A DNA stretch of 64,000 nt from Flavobacteriales bacterium (lineage in GTDB: Bacteria > Bacteroidota > Bacteroidia > Flavobacteriales > UBA7312). Below the pieces are notes generated by a model. That model was not told the origin of the DNA. It saw only the letters and a program-made list of their open reading frames with translations, and did not search any database. Positions 61,997 through 64,000 of the stretch are shown in pieces (positions within the stretch are counted from its first letter, which is position 1; the number at the start of each line of letters is the position of its first letter). The stretch is taken from positions 1,490 through 65,489 of the forward strand of contig JASJHQ010000049.1 of the NCBI GenBank assembly GCA_037625715.1, written 5' to 3'. The translations under genes were made by a program, and so were the position numbers.

Positions 61997-62910
61997 TGAA
62001 AAAAATCATTTGCATATTTATATTGATTTTACCGCTTTTATCAAGCGGTCAGCAACTTCCGTTGTATAGTCAGTATATGTTAAATGATTTTGCTATTAAC
62101 CCAGCTCTTGCCGGTTCTAAGTCCTATTCTCCTATTCGATTAAATGTAAGAAATCAGTGGGCAGGACTGGGTGCTTCTGCTCCCCTAACAAACACCTTAA
62201 GTTTTCATGCCCCCCTTCGCGATGGCCAATTTGGATTAGGAGGAACTGTGTTTCAGGAAAAAACTGGGCCTTATAGTCAGTTCGGACTAATGTTTTCTTA
62301 TGCTTACCATATAAAACTAAGTAACTCTAACTCTACTAGACTATCTTTAGGGGCGTCTGCAATGCTTACTCAGCATAGCCTAAACCAAGACGAATTAGAA
62401 TTTAAAAACCCTGATCCTGGCTTCGAGTCTGGTGTTGTTTCTAGTTTAGCTCCAGACGCTTCTTTCGGAGCAATGCTTCAAAGCCCTAGTTATTATATAG
62501 GTGGAGCTATTCATCAACTTTTCGAAACTACTTTTAGAGAAGCATCATCCAATATTTTTGGTGATAACGATCAGGTTAGGCACTATATACTTAATGGAGG
62601 ATTTAAATACTTCATTAGTAACGATGTTTTTTTAGAGCCATCTTTTTTCATTAAAACAATAGAGGGAGGCCCTGTTCAGCTAGATGTTAACGCACGCTTG
62701 GTTCTTGATAAGTTCTGGACTGGTGTTTCATTGCGAACTAGCAAATCAGTAGTTGCTCTTGTAGGGGTGGAAATAGGAAAGCTACAGTTTGGCTACGGCT
62801 TTGACCTAACCTTATCATCGATTGGGAGTTATACTTCAGGTTCTCACGAAATCTCTTTAGGCTTCAATATTCCTCAAATGAGAAATAGAAGACACACGTA
62901 TTATTGGTAA
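61996..62910 (+). CDS. PorP/SprF family T9SS outer-membrane protein
   Basis: Signal peptide followed by QQLPLYSQYMLNDFAINPALAG, the hallmark N-terminus of PorP/SprF. It is beta-barrel-like and its ATG overlaps the upstream stop (TAATG). Confidence 0.85.
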   Translation: MKKIICIFILILPLLSSGQQLPLYSQYMLNDFAINPALAGSKSYSPIRLNVRNQWAGLGASAPLTNTLSFHAPLRDGQFGLGGTVFQEKTGPYSQFGLMFSYAYHIKLSNSNSTRLSLGASAMLTQHSLNQDELEFKNPDPGFESGVVSSLAPDASFGAMLQSPSYYIGGAIHQLFETTFREASSNIFGDNDQVRHYILNGGFKYFISNDVFLEPSFFIKTIEGGPVQLDVNARLVLDKFWTGVSLRTSKSVVALVGVEIGKLQFGYGFDLTLSSIGSYTSGSHEISLGFNIPQMRNRRHTYYW

Positions 62911-62962
62911 GCCTTTCTTTTTTAAATTACATTTGTTTTCATAAATCAATCTCCCATTTCTC

Positions 62963-64000
62963 TTGAAATCAGTAGACTATATAATAGTTGGCCAAGGCTT
63001 AGCTGGCACTTTATTAGCTCACGACCTTATAGAACAAGGCCACACGCTTGTTGTTATAGATAAGGATATGAAAGCTAGTGCCTCTAAGGTGGCAGCGGGC
63101 TTATTTAACCCTGTTAGTATGAAAAGATGCATTCCTACCTGGAATGCATCTGTTTTTTTGCCTTTTGCTATTGAGCGTTACCAGCAATTAGAAAAAAAGT
63201 TAGACACATCCTTTTTAAACTTAACCCCTGTGCTAAAGGTTTTTTCTAACGATGAGGTTAGCAAACAATGGAAAGTACAGTATAGTAATACTGATATAAA
63301 CCAATATATCACCACCTTTAATAAAGAAGAGAAATTCTCTTATTTAAAAGACAGCAGCGGAACAGCTCAGATTGATCCGGCCGGAAACCTAGAGGTAAAT
63401 AAGTTTCTTTCCAGCTCCAGAGAGTATTTTGAAAGTATAGATAGCTACATTAATGAGGTGTTCGACTACAAAGAGTTGAATCCCGAAACGGCTACTTATA
63501 AAAATATAGTTGGCCAACGAGTAATTTTTTGCGAAGGCTTTAGGGTGCTCCAAAATCCTTTTTTCGATTTCTTACCTATACGGCCTACTAAAGGAGAGGT
63601 TATGAAAATTAGAATTCCTTCACAAGAAAAGTTAGACTATATATTAAGTGCTGGGATATATGTCTTGCCTTTGGGTAGCTATGAGTATATCGTAGGGGCT
63701 ACTTATAACCATAAAGATATGGATGATGTCGTTAGTGAGAGTGGCTTATCCTTTCTAAATGAGGGGCTAAACAAGATTTTAGAGGCAGATTATGAGCTTA
63801 TTGACACCAATGCGGGGGTCAGACCAACGGTTAAAGACCGAAAACCACTGCTCGGCTTGCACCCTTTGTTGCCTAAATTAGGCGTTTTTAACGGCCTTGG
63901 AACAAGGGGTGTGTTGATAGGACCTTGGCTTTCGGCCCAGTTTTGCACTAATTTAACAACAAACACTAACAATGGTTTATTAGCTGATAATGAGAGGATT
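62963..64000 (+). CDS. FAD-dependent oxidoreductase (DAO family), 3' end outside the window
   Basis: Hand translation from TTG 62963 gives MKSVDYIIVGQGLAGTLLAHDLIEQGHTLVVIDK (Rossmann GxGxxG) ...RPTKGEV...GVRPTVKDRKPLLG...GLGTRGVLIGP. The frame is open to nt 64000. It is not in the ORF track because there is no stop. The start codon is uncertain. Confidence 0.7.
   Translation, partial: MKSVDYIIVGQGLAGTLLAHDLIEQGHTLVVIDKDMKASASKVAAGLFNPVSMKRCIPTWNASVFLPFAIERYQQLEKKLDTSFLNLTPVLKVFSNDEVSKQWKVQYSNTDINQYITTFNKEEKFSYLKDSSGTAQIDPAGNLEVNKFLSSSREYFESIDSYINEVFDYKELNPETATYKNIVGQRVIFCEGFRVLQNPFFDFLPIRPTKGEVMKIRIPSQEKLDYILSAGIYVLPLGSYEYIVGATYNHKDMDDVVSESGLSFLNEGLNKILEADYELIDTNAGVRPTVKDRKPLLGLHPLLPKLGVFNGLGTRGVLIGPWLSAQFCTNLTTNTNNGLLADNERI

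Noticed and set aside
63790-63972. 60-aa minus-strand ORF near the window end
   Set aside because: It is embedded antisense in the FAD-dependent oxidoreductase reading frame, which has a clear Rossmann motif and stays open to the window edge.

Overview
AT-rich chromosomal window (roughly one-third G+C by eye, not computed) from a Bacteroidota genome, most likely class Flavobacteriia. Supporting signs: type IX secretion (T9SS) genes (SprE/PorW-like, PorZ-like, SprB-repeat adhesin plus PorP/SprF), recurrent TAnnTTTG -7 promoter boxes, an atpBEFHAG operon without atpDC, and a GH3-family gene next to dxr. I call 56 protein-coding genes. Two are partial at the window edges. Two short ones are missing from the ORF track: tatA and a 54-codon membrane peptide. 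I also call 2 tRNAs (Arg-UCG, Cys-GCA), 4 intrinsic terminators, 10 candidate -7 promoter boxes and two parS sites. I recognised no rRNA, CRISPR array, transposase, integrase, phage or classical defence gene. Most of the window is housekeeping: rnr, rpiB, dxr, rseP, ATP synthase, dut, gatA, recO, msrA, mnmG, ybeY, gltX, folB. The least ordinary part is the minus-strand block at 6.9-12.4 kb. It holds a tightly packed cytochrome c / outer-membrane beta-barrel / haem-lipoprotein trio. Directly downstream is a T9SS-targeted protein whose catalytic domain matches animal lysyl oxidase motif by motif (Cu His cluster, LTQ Lys and Tyr), then a T9SS beta-propeller cargo gene. This is my best candidate for an undescribed surface redox system. 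Other items worth a second look: an MbnP-like/MbnH-like (dihaem peroxidase) pair in which the MbnP-like partner carries a T9SS sorting domain (29.7-32.2 kb); two parS sites next to mnmG that overlap the leader of a methyltransferase gene; a 450-bp gene-free AT-rich region packed with TAACAA-type heptamers; a zinc-finger-less Fpg/Nei glycosylase; and a 1105-aa membrane-anchored hyper-charged coiled-coil protein coupled to ybeY. All family assignments come from motif recognition by eye. No database or HMM search was possible.
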